Part shown: positions 37,528 through 45,553 of the stretch, piece after piece
Position numbering within the stretch: the first letter of the stretch is position 1
Layout: the number at the start of each line of letters is the position of its first letter
DNA from: Fidelibacterota bacterium
GTDB lineage: Bacteria; Fidelibacterota; UBA8477; JABMPR01
Length of the DNA: 64,000 nt
NCBI GenBank assembly: GCA_013203185.1
Contig: JABMOS010000019.1
Coordinates: 4,405 to 68,404 of the forward strand
Direction of reading: 5' to 3'
Translations under genes and position numbers: made by a program
Notes under the pieces: model-generated
What the model was told of the DNA's origin: nothing
Databases searched by the model: none
Seen by the model: the letters and a program-made list of their open reading frames with translations, nothing else

Positions 37528-38913
37528 ATGAGTGATGATATTTTTCAGGGGTATAAAGGGGATGCTCTGGCGACTCTGCAGAAATTCAGTGTTCGTGTCT
37601 GGGGTCTGGTTGAAATCCATACCACCCGAGGCACTTTTGATGGAACCGTGCTCCCCCGCTCTGAAAATGATGATGATCAGCATATCGTATTGAAAATCCA
37701 AACGGGCTACAACATTGGTATCGATATTGTGACCATTGAGAAAATGGTTGAAACAGGCTACCAGAAAGCCAATTATAAAATTCCCGAAAAAGCCTTCCCC
37801 TACTCAGATGATAAACCCAATGTGAAACTTTTTGGCACAGGCGGGACCATAGCCTCACGTCTGGACTATCGAACCGGTGCTGTTATCCCAGCCTTTTCTC
37901 CAGGTGAATTATATGGTGCTGTTCCCGAGTTGGCGGATATCTGTAATATCGACACAGAAAAACTATTTGCTGTTTTCAGTGAAAATATGGGTCCTGATCA
38001 GTATATGATTCTGGCAGAAAGCATTGGCAAGGAAATCGCCAACGGCACAGATGGTATTGTCATCGGTCACGGAACCGATACCCTCCACCACACAGCAGCT
38101 GCACTTTCCTTTATGGTCCAGGATTCACCCATCCCAATTATTCTTGTAGGATCGCAACGCTCATCGGATCGACCTTCCTCAGATGCAGCTCTCAATTTGA
38201 TACACGCATCCTATGCAGCCGGGCATGGCGATATTGCAGAAACCCTGGTGTGTATGTTCGGTCCTACTTCAGATGAATATGGCTTCCTCCATCGCGGAAC
38301 CCGAGTCAGAAAAATGCATAGTTCTTATCGCTCGACCTTTCGCACCATTGGCGATACACCGGCTGCCACCGTCACCCGCCAGGGTATCAAGATGATTAAA
38401 ACGGAATACAATCACCGCCGCAAAGACAAGACAGTAAAAATTATTCCCACCTTCAATGAGAAGGTTACCATGCTCTACTATTATCCACACATGAAAGGTG
38501 ATATTGTCGATGCATTGGTAGACGCTGGGTATAAGGGAATTGTGATTGTGGGAACAGGTCTAGGCCATGTTAACCGGGAGCTTTATCCTGCTCTGGAGAG
38601 AGCCAGAGACAAGGGCGTCTCAGTCTTTATGACCCTTCAGACTATCTGGGGTTATGCTCACATGTTCGTCTATGATACGGGTCGGGACATGATGGCCCTT
38701 GGTGTGACACCCCTGGGGAACATGTTGCCTGAGGTCGCCTGGGTCAAACTGGGGTGGGCATTGGGCCAAACAGAGGATCCCATCAAAATCAAAGAAATCA
38801 TGCTCACACCTATCAATGATGATATTACTGAAAGAGAGCCCTATAATGGCTATCTTGTTTATCAGGGTGGTGTGCCTGAGGTTGAAAATTTTGTCCGTAA
38901 ATTCAGGAAATAG
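37528..38913 (+). CDS. gatD: Glutamyl-tRNA(Gln) amidotransferase subunit D (archaeal-type GatD; asparaginase-like)
   Basis: GatD-specific N-terminal domain (GTFDGTVLPRSENDDDQHIVLKIQTGYNIGIDI). Asparaginase motifs FGTGGTIASRLDYRTGAV and GHGTDTLHHTAAALSF, GSQRSSDRPSSDA. 461 aa; adjacent to gatE. Confidence 0.8.
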   Translation: MSDDIFQGYKGDALATLQKFSVRVWGLVEIHTTRGTFDGTVLPRSENDDDQHIVLKIQTGYNIGIDIVTIEKMVETGYQKANYKIPEKAFPYSDDKPNVKLFGTGGTIASRLDYRTGAVIPAFSPGELYGAVPELADICNIDTEKLFAVFSENMGPDQYMILAESIGKEIANGTDGIVIGHGTDTLHHTAAALSFMVQDSPIPIILVGSQRSSDRPSSDAALNLIHASYAAGHGDIAETLVCMFGPTSDEYGFLHRGTRVRKMHSSYRSTFRTIGDTPAATVTRQGIKMIKTEYNHRRKDKTVKIIPTFNEKVTMLYYYPHMKGDIVDALVDAGYKGIVIVGTGLGHVNRELYPALERARDKGVSVFMTLQTIWGYAHMFVYDTGRDMMALGVTPLGNMLPEVAWVKLGWALGQTEDPIKIKEIMLTPINDDITEREPYNGYLVYQGGVPEVENFVRKFRK

Positions 38914-39061
38914 CCAGTGCATATTTGTCTATTAACCCTTCGAGGGCCTCCAGTCTACGCTTTTCAGCTTCGACTTGGCTGGCAGGGAGACAAACTTTTT
39001 ACCCTGCGTCATGCTGAGGTTCTCGAAGCATGAGATTACCATTAATGAAATTATCAAGAAT

Positions 39062-40162
39062 ATGAACATACCAGACCGATCAGAATATCTCAAGGGACTT
39101 GCCCAAACAGGCCAGAAAATCATGGGTGTGTTACCTGCCCTCTATCCCAGAGAGCTACTCTGGGCTTTCGATATTCATGCAGCTGAAATTTGGGATCCAC
39201 CAGGAGAAATACTCCACGCCAATGCCCATTTGCAGACGACTATCTGCCCCGTCGTAAAAAAAAGTCTAGAATTTATCCTCAAGGAACCGCAGACCATTAA
39301 TGCAGGGTACCTCTTCCCCCATACTTGTGACTCCCTTCAAAACCTGGGCACTCAGGTCAAAGACCTTATCGGCGTTTCCCTCCCTATCTACACATTTTAC
39401 AATCCCAAAGGCCGCTTTAACAACACGACGATAAAATATTACCAGGATATCCTCATAAATTTCCAATCTATACTGGAAGCAAGCCATGGACCCCTAGAAC
39501 CAGAGAAACTGAAGGCTGCATGTGTTCTGAGTCATAAAATCGATACCTACCTCATGGTAATCCAACAGGCCCGTATGACAGATCACCTCTCTTTGAGTAA
39601 CCATGAGTATTTCACTCTCATGCGAGCTCAGGAGTACCTGCTCCCTCAAGACTATTTGAGTTTACTTGAACAGGTGAATATTCTCGAGAAACCTGCTGAA
39701 TTTTCAAGAGCAAGACTGATGGTATCGGGAATCTTACCACCACTGCCAGAAATTTTGGTGTTTCTTGATGAATTAGGCGTGAGTATCGTAGCAGATGATT
39801 TACTGGCTGTTAGTCGACGCATTCCAAAATTTGCCATGGATCCCCCTGGTTCACCTCTGGACTATTTGACAGATCGCTTCTTTGTTTTGCCACCCTGCTC
39901 TACCCGTGGGGGAGATCTTGATGAGAGAGTACATTACCTGAGTAATCGTTTGAAAGAGAGTAAAGCTCATGGTCTGCTATTCGACATGGTAAAATTCTGC
40001 GAACCTGAATTGTTTGATCATCGTCTCCTGGTGAAAACCTTTCGAGAACGAAAAACCCCTGTCTTAACCCTGGAAACTGAGCTGGAGGACCACATCTCTG
40101 GTCAGGATAAAACGCGAATAGAAGCATTTACTGAGCGTCTCTTTGAGATAGTTTCAACATGA
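39062..40162 (+). CDS. 2-hydroxyacyl-CoA dehydratase / benzoyl-CoA reductase family subunit (BcrC/BadD/HgdB family)
   Basis: Family-typical pattern (GVLPALYPRELLWAFDIH, HTCDSLQNL, PPCSTRGG, DMVKFCEPELFD). Start moved to 39062 because the 38975 extension runs through an intergenic hairpin/REP-like motif. The stop overlaps the next gene (ATGA). Confidence 0.7.
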   Translation: MNIPDRSEYLKGLAQTGQKIMGVLPALYPRELLWAFDIHAAEIWDPPGEILHANAHLQTTICPVVKKSLEFILKEPQTINAGYLFPHTCDSLQNLGTQVKDLIGVSLPIYTFYNPKGRFNNTTIKYYQDILINFQSILEASHGPLEPEKLKAACVLSHKIDTYLMVIQQARMTDHLSLSNHEYFTLMRAQEYLLPQDYLSLLEQVNILEKPAEFSRARLMVSGILPPLPEILVFLDELGVSIVADDLLAVSRRIPKFAMDPPGSPLDYLTDRFFVLPPCSTRGGDLDERVHYLSNRLKESKAHGLLFDMVKFCEPELFDHRLLVKTFRERKTPVLTLETELEDHISGQDKTRIEAFTERLFEIVST

Positions 40163-41481
40163 GTATCAGAGCAGAATTAAAATATAAAATCATGAAAGAT
40201 TATGGTGCTCCGGTCCTCATGGCATTTCAGAATGTCAGGAGGCGGAAACCCCGTCCCACCCCAGCGGCATTTGGATCACCTTTGGATTCAAATCAACGTT
40301 TAAAAGAAATTCTCAGTCGTCATTACTTTCTCTCCAGGTATGCACCTGGTGTCAAAAAAGTAGCCTGGGTAACCAGTGGCGCTCCAGTGGAACTCCTGCG
40401 AGCCTTTGATTTCTATACCATATATCCTGAAAACCATTCGGCTCTGGTGGGAGCCAAAAAACAGGGTGCTGACTACTGTGGAATTGCCGAAGGAGATGGT
40501 TTTAGCCAGGATTTATGTTCCTATGCCCGTATCGATCTGGGACATATGCTGTCCGGGAAAACGCCGGCTGGAAAGCTTCCCAAACCAGACCTGCTGTTTT
40601 GCTCAAACAACATCTGTCAAACCGTCCTGTATTGGTACAAAGCCATTGCTCATGAACTTGATATTCCTCTGATCCATTTTGATGCTCCCTTTGTTACCAC
40701 GGAGCAGACTGAAGCTGATATTAATTATATGGCTCAGCAACTACAGGATATGATCCCTATCCTTGAGCGGGTATCAGGACGGGTATTTTATCTGAATATT
40801 TTTGAAGAAATCCTAGAGCGCTCCATGGAGACTTCAAAGACCTGGGGTGCCATCCTAGATGCCATGAAGGCTCAACCTGCGCCCATGACTATCTTTGATG
40901 CCTTTGGTCATCTTGCGCCCATCGTTTCCCTCCGTGGACTGCCCGTTGCCCAGGATTACTATCATATATTGATGGATGAGATCAATACGCGAGTCACTCA
41001 GGGAATTGGGGCCATCAGTGATGAGCGCTACCGCTTGATCTGGGACAATATTGCCATCTGGTACAAGGTTCGATTTTTGGCTACCTTTTTTGCTGAGAGA
41101 AAAATGAATTTTGTCACCGCCACCTATACCAATGCCTGGGCTGAGACAACAGGATATCTTGATGTAAAAGATCCCTGGAGGTCAATGGCTAAAACCTATG
41201 GACAAATCATTCTGAATAACAATTTAAAGCATCGTTTGGATTTGATGAAAGGAATGATCAAAACCTATGCAGTAGATGGAATGGTCATGCATTCAACCCG
41301 AAGCTGTAAACCCTATTCTGTGGGTCAATTTGATTTACGCAAAGCCATCACGGCTGACCTCGATCTGCCTGCAGTTATTCTGGATGCTGACATCGCTGAC
41401 GAAAGGGTCTGGTCAGAGCAGCAGATTCAAACTCGCCTGGAAGCCTTTTGTGAAACCCTGGAAGGATCAAAATATGGCTGA
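40159..41481 (+). CDS. 2-hydroxyacyl-CoA dehydratase family subunit (HgdA-like partner subunit)
   Basis: VAWVTSGAPVELLRAFDFYTIYPENH, DLCSYARIDLG, SNNICQTV, VMHSTRSCKPYSVGQ are conserved Cys-containing blocks of the HgdA/HgdB family. Translationally coupled on both sides. Confidence 0.7.
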   Translation: MSIRAELKYKIMKDYGAPVLMAFQNVRRRKPRPTPAAFGSPLDSNQRLKEILSRHYFLSRYAPGVKKVAWVTSGAPVELLRAFDFYTIYPENHSALVGAKKQGADYCGIAEGDGFSQDLCSYARIDLGHMLSGKTPAGKLPKPDLLFCSNNICQTVLYWYKAIAHELDIPLIHFDAPFVTTEQTEADINYMAQQLQDMIPILERVSGRVFYLNIFEEILERSMETSKTWGAILDAMKAQPAPMTIFDAFGHLAPIVSLRGLPVAQDYYHILMDEINTRVTQGIGAISDERYRLIWDNIAIWYKVRFLATFFAERKMNFVTATYTNAWAETTGYLDVKDPWRSMAKTYGQIILNNNLKHRLDLMKGMIKTYAVDGMVMHSTRSCKPYSVGQFDLRKAITADLDLPAVILDADIADERVWSEQQIQTRLEAFCETLEGSKYG

Positions 41482-42283
41482 TCTGTATTTCTCTGGCGTG
41501 GATGTAGGTTCACTCAGTACTGATGTTTCCATCATTGATCATGGAGGGAAGGTGCTTTCTGAAATTGTCATCCCCACAGGTGTCAACGGTTCTGAAGCAG
41601 CTGAACAAGCATTTAACGCTGCCCTGAAACTAGCCGATCTCACCCGGGATAGCATCACAGGCATCACCGCCACGGGCTATGGACGCGCTTCTGTGGCTTT
41701 TGCCACTGGGAAAACGACTGAAATCAGTTGCCATGGTGTTGGTGCCCATCACCTGTTCCCAAAGACAGGCACCGTAATCGATATTGGCGGGCAGGACAGT
41801 AAGGTGATTCAAATTGACAGGCAGGGTCGCATGCTTGATTTTACCATGAACGATAAGTGTGCCGCTGGAACAGGTCGTTTTCTCGAGGTCATGGCCAACC
41901 GCCTGGATCTTAATCTGGATGAATTGAGTAGTCCTCTAAATATTGAAGGAGATTCCGCCCCTATCAGTAGCACTTGTACTGTTTTTGCTGAGAGTGAGGT
42001 CATCTCCTTGCTGGCCAAAAACACCCCGCGCAAAGAAATTGTACATGGTCTGCAACGTTCAATCGTAAACCGGATCTGGAGTATGGTCACCTCAATTGGT
42101 ATTGAAGGCGAAGTGACCTTGACTGGAGGGGTTGCCCATAATAAGGGTCTGGTAGCACTGTTGGAGGAGAAACTGGGCCTTACTTTAAATATTCCAGAAA
42201 ACCCACAGACTGTGGGTGCCCTGGGCGGTGCTCATATAGCCCGTAGAACTTATCAAAACAGTCTGGAAGCAGATTCAATTTAA
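41474..42283 (+). CDS. ATP-dependent [4Fe-4S] activase of the BcrAD/BadFG/HgdC family
   Basis: Start MADLYFSGVDVGSLSTD (ASKHA phosphate-1 motif) at 41474, overlapping the upstream stop (ATGGCTGA). DIGGQDSKVI, cluster-ligand blocks DKCAAGTGRFLE and STCTVFAESEVISL, GGVAHNKGLV. The 41276 ORF start is an out-of-context upstream extension. Confidence 0.85.
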   Translation: MADLYFSGVDVGSLSTDVSIIDHGGKVLSEIVIPTGVNGSEAAEQAFNAALKLADLTRDSITGITATGYGRASVAFATGKTTEISCHGVGAHHLFPKTGTVIDIGGQDSKVIQIDRQGRMLDFTMNDKCAAGTGRFLEVMANRLDLNLDELSSPLNIEGDSAPISSTCTVFAESEVISLLAKNTPRKEIVHGLQRSIVNRIWSMVTSIGIEGEVTLTGGVAHNKGLVALLEEKLGLTLNIPENPQTVGALGGAHIARRTYQNSLEADSI

Positions 42284-42333
42284 CCATTCAGGAACTTCTG
42301 GGGTCAAAGAGGTTAAATACAAAGAGGTGCGAT

Positions 42334-42822
42334 ATGAAATTTAGCAAACTTATTATACTGGTACTTATCCTTACAATAACTGTACAGGCCAGCCCCCGCT
42401 CAAGAAGAAATCACCATCACCCTGTGAGAAATTATCATCACTCCTATTACCCCCATCGTTACAACAACTACTATTCAGCATATGGATACTATGGCTATTA
42501 TTCTAGACCCGTTGTGGTCACCACCCAATCCACTACCACATATCCAACTAATCTGGTGGCAATTACTGCCGAAAGTGTGGCCGAAGATATTGGCGCATTA
42601 AATGGTATGGTGACCCGTGGTGTGATTAGTGAAAAGGATTTTGAACGAGCCAAGAAGACACTTCTCAACCGCATCGGTATGTCTATGAATCCAGATGCTC
42701 AAGTAGCAACTACTGAAGAATTGATTGGACAAATCGAAACATTGCACCAGATGCACTCACGACAACTCATCACTGAAAAAGAGTACAAGAAACAAAAAAA
42801 TAAACTGTTGGCAATGATTTAG
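42334..42822 (+). CDS. Secreted protein with His/Tyr/Arg-rich region and two SHOCT-like C-terminal repeats
   Basis: Signal peptide. RSRRNHHHPVRNYHHSYYPHRYNNYYSAYGYYGYYSRP. Two repeats of the SHOCT-type pattern (GVISEKDFERAKKTLLNRI; QLITEKEYKKQKNKLLAMI). Confidence 0.55.
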   Translation: MKFSKLIILVLILTITVQASPRSRRNHHHPVRNYHHSYYPHRYNNYYSAYGYYGYYSRPVVVTTQSTTTYPTNLVAITAESVAEDIGALNGMVTRGVISEKDFERAKKTLLNRIGMSMNPDAQVATTEELIGQIETLHQMHSRQLITEKEYKKQKNKLLAMI

Positions 42823-42826
42823 TCGA

Positions 42827-43609
42827 TTACTCATAAACAACATCAGTTATCTCTACATCCACATAGGTAAAGTCATTTTTGGGAAATTTCCAGATTGCCC
42901 GTCCCCTGACTCCCAGGCGTAGCCCTCCCATCTCCTCATATTTATCAACAGGTGTCACCCAGGGTCTCAGAACCATGTCTTTACCTTCAGTAGCATAGCG
43001 ATCACATTCAAAACGGGTGATTTGACCAATCTCATTGAAGTAAAAGACTCCTTCAACAGATTTTTTATCTATGGTAAAAGTTGCCTTTGCTGAAAGGGAG
43101 TCCCCTGCTTCCCAGGAAATGTGATCATCCAGTAATGCCTGGGGGAACCAGATTATCTCAGAAAGGTAGCGTGTCATGGCACCCTGGTCCATTTCAGGTC
43201 CTTTGGCATTTACCAGTGGAATAAGTCCAAAAAGTTTAATCTTCATACTACCGCACCCATCTCTAAGAGCGTCTGTGCCTTTAACGATTACAAGAGGGGC
43301 CATTTTCATTCGAACTTTCCACTCAAATGATGCCTCAGCTATATTGTAAATCTGGGTTGCTTTAAAGGGAGTCCAGGATTTGTCTGGAGCCATTTTAAAC
43401 AATCCGGTCTGCTTGATTGTGGCCTTTTTGATGTAGGGTGTTCCCACGACCTGGCTATACTCCATAAAGCGTTTTACCGGCTCAGGCAGTTTTTCCAGAT
43501 CTGATACTTGAATAATTCCTCGATTGTCTTCCATATGACTTCCCCTTCCCCAGATCGTTAGACTGATCATGAGGGTTAAAATGACAATTTTTAAACCTTT
43601 AGTTTTCAT
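42827..43609 (-). CDS. Secreted hypothetical protein (DUF6544-like, unverified)
   Basis: Signal peptide. LPEPVKRFMEYSQVVG ... FEWKVRMKMAPL..VKGTDAL.DG.GSMKIKLFGLIPLVNAKGPEMDQGAMTRYLSEIIWFPQALL resembles my recollection of DUF6544. Co-oriented with MarR and 2 nt downstream of it. Confidence 0.4.
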   Translation of the reverse strand: MKTKGLKIVILTLMISLTIWGRGSHMEDNRGIIQVSDLEKLPEPVKRFMEYSQVVGTPYIKKATIKQTGLFKMAPDKSWTPFKATQIYNIAEASFEWKVRMKMAPLVIVKGTDALRDGCGSMKIKLFGLIPLVNAKGPEMDQGAMTRYLSEIIWFPQALLDDHISWEAGDSLSAKATFTIDKKSVEGVFYFNEIGQITRFECDRYATEGKDMVLRPWVTPVDKYEEMGGLRLGVRGRAIWKFPKNDFTYVDVEITDVVYE

Positions 43610-43611
43610 GA

Positions 43612-44070
43612 TTATACACCCAATTTTTCAGCGCTGATGCTGATGAGTTTTGCAATAGTGTCTCGGGTGGTTATGATATCCTCAAGACGTACATCCCCAA
43701 AAAGAGAGCTGATATAACCTTCATCTTGTTCTACTCTGGACTCCCAGACATCGGCATTCTTTTGAGTCAGACGGAAACGGAGAATGCGCTTATCTGAAGC
43801 GTCCTGGAAAATCTCGAGAAAGCCTGATTTTTCCAGACTGGAAGCCAGTTGTTTCACATTCTGCCGCGAAGACCCCATGACCTGAGTCAATTGATTCAGG
43901 GTTGGCGGTACTTTAAAAAAAACGTGGAGGGTCACGAGGAGTAGCCACTGCTTGGTGGTAACCCCTATGCTGGCCAATTCCTGATCCCCCAAATTTTGCC
44001 ACCGCTGTGCCAGCAAAAATATCATTCCAAAAATCTCTTTTTTATGTTCTAAACTCTGATCTGCGATCAT
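43612..44070 (-). CDS. MarR family transcriptional regulator
   Basis: Winged-HTH block TTKQWLLLVTLHV...PTLNQLTQVMGSSRQNVKQLASSLEKSGFLEIFQDASDKRILRFRLTQKN; 152 aa. Confidence 0.85.
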   Translation of the reverse strand: MIADQSLEHKKEIFGMIFLLAQRWQNLGDQELASIGVTTKQWLLLVTLHVFFKVPPTLNQLTQVMGSSRQNVKQLASSLEKSGFLEIFQDASDKRILRFRLTQKNADVWESRVEQDEGYISSLFGDVRLEDIITTRDTIAKLISISAEKLGV

Positions 44071-44084
44071 ACCACCTCCATTTT

Positions 44085-44100
44085 ATGCAATATATTGCAT
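44085..44100. promoter_or_regulatory. Candidate MarR operator in divergent promoter region
   Basis: Perfect 16-bp AT-rich palindrome ATGCAATATATTGCAT, 15 bp upstream of the marR start. It is followed by a degenerate copy, TATGTAATATGTTAC. Confidence 0.55.
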
Positions 44101-44206
44101 ATTTATGTAATATGTTACCTTTTTCTTTTATTTTATAGATATTTCTTGAGTTCTGGTGCATGGTGGTTAGCATGCGTGGGTCAGAAATGTCTTAAAGGAA
44201 ACGACC

Positions 44207-44746
44207 ATGTACCCCTATCTCAGAACTGTAAAAACCATAATCGCAGCCAAATATCGTAACTCACTGAATTTTGGTGACACCGGTATTTTACATCTCCGAG
44301 CGCGCTTAACTGACATTGACCACTATGGCGAAATCAATAACGGAAGGCAATTGACTCTCATGGATCTGGGACGTTATGATCTTGGGGTTCGGGGTGGTTT
44401 AATGGAACTCATCTCAGAAAAGAAATGGGGGTTTGCAGTTGGCGGGTCAAGCATTCGCTATCGCCGCAGAATAACCCTGTGGAAAAAGTTCCAATTGCAT
44501 AGTGAAGTCATCGGTCACGATGGACGATGGTTCTACTTTCTCCAAAAATTGTGTCAGGGAAAAACTATCTGCTCCTCCGCGCTGATCAAGGCTGGGGTCG
44601 TTTCAAAAAATGGATTGGTTCCTGCTGCGAAGGTCATGGAAGAATTTCCAGGTAATACCTGGACGGGTGAATTACCTGACTGGGTTAAAGCCTGGATTGA
44701 TGCGGAAAGCCAGCGACCCTGGCCTGCAAATCCCCCCAAATATTAG
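44207..44746 (+). CDS. Hotdog-fold acyl-CoA thioesterase-like protein
   Basis: LTDIDHYGEINNGRQLTLMDLGRYDL..R.G...........AVGGSSIRYRRRITLWKKFQL...VIG.DGRWFYF pattern is typical of 4HBT-type thioesterases. Confidence 0.55.
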   Translation: MYPYLRTVKTIIAAKYRNSLNFGDTGILHLRARLTDIDHYGEINNGRQLTLMDLGRYDLGVRGGLMELISEKKWGFAVGGSSIRYRRRITLWKKFQLHSEVIGHDGRWFYFLQKLCQGKTICSSALIKAGVVSKNGLVPAAKVMEEFPGNTWTGELPDWVKAWIDAESQRPWPANPPKY

Positions 44747-44786
44747 AGATATATTAATAGCGTATTTACGATGAGGAATTCAACCC

Positions 44787-45542
44787 TCAGGAAATTAATC
44801 CACCATCCACAGAGAGCGTGGTTCCATGAATAAAAGAAGCTTCGTCTGAAGCCAAAAATGCGTAGGCTGCAGCCACTTCTGAGGGCTCACCTATGCGCTG
44901 CATGGGAATTTTTTTCACCATCATTTGTATGACTTTTTCAGGAACATTTTTAATCATTTCTGTAGCAATAAACCCAGGAGCTACAGCATTAACTCGGACG
45001 CCTTTAGACCCCAACTCCCTGGCCCAAACTTGAGTCATTCCTATGACGCCTGCTTTAGAAGCCACATAATTAGTCTGGCCGAAATTCCCATAGAGCCCCA
45101 CGACTGAACTGGCATTCAGGATGACACCTGAGCCCTGGGTAACCATTTGTTTGGCAGCTGCCTGACCACAGATAAATACCGCCTTTAAATTCACATCAAT
45201 AACCTCATCAAATGCAGCTCCTTCCATTTTAAGGAGTGTTGCATCTCTGGTGATACCGGCATTGTTGATCAGGATATCCAGTTGACCATGTTTTTTAACA
45301 ATATCTGCTATAGCTGCATTAACAGAATCTTCATCAGTTACATCCACTGCTCGAAATTCAAGTCGATTATCCGGAGTCTGAAGTGCAGTTATGAGAGCAC
45401 CACCCATTTCCTGGTTAATATCCCATGCGGATACGATGGCGCCTTCTGCCAGGAATTTTTCCACAGTCGCCCTGCCAATTCCGGCTGCACCACCAGTAAT
45501 AACCGCAACTTTTGACTCTAATTTACGCATTCGCTCCTCCAT
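44787..45542 (-). CDS. Short-chain dehydrogenase/reductase (FabG-like 3-oxoacyl reductase)
   Basis: TGGAAGIG cofactor motif, NNAG, catalytic Y..SK (YVASKAGVIGMT); 251 aa. Confidence 0.85.
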   Translation of the reverse strand: MEERMRKLESKVAVITGGAAGIGRATVEKFLAEGAIVSAWDINQEMGGALITALQTPDNRLEFRAVDVTDEDSVNAAIADIVKKHGQLDILINNAGITRDATLLKMEGAAFDEVIDVNLKAVFICGQAAAKQMVTQGSGVILNASSVVGLYGNFGQTNYVASKAGVIGMTQVWARELGSKGVRVNAVAPGFIATEMIKNVPEKVIQMMVKKIPMQRIGEPSEVAAAYAFLASDEASFIHGTTLSVDGGLIS

Positions 45543-45553
45543 GAAACCCCAGA

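Noticed and set aside
35422-38913. The whole contig being archaeal, or gatE being a bacterial GatB
   Set aside because: Flanking genes (T9SS CTD cargo, TolC, RND/MFP, TonB-C, Lgt-family) are diderm-bacterial. The protein is 660 aa with GatE-specific insert blocks and is paired with a GatD-type asparaginase-like subunit rather than gatA/gatC. An assembly chimera is not excluded and is listed as a check.
38975-39061. N-terminal extension of the HgdB-like ORF
   Set aside because: The extension translates through intergenic hairpins and the REP-like GTCATGCTGAG..TCGAAG motif (peptide VMLRFSKHE). Family-like sequence starts only after the ATG at 39062.
41276-41473. Upstream extension of the activase ORF (start at 41276)
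   Set aside because: It lies entirely within the preceding dehydratase gene in another frame. The ASKHA phosphate-1 motif begins right after the ATG at 41474, which overlaps the upstream stop.
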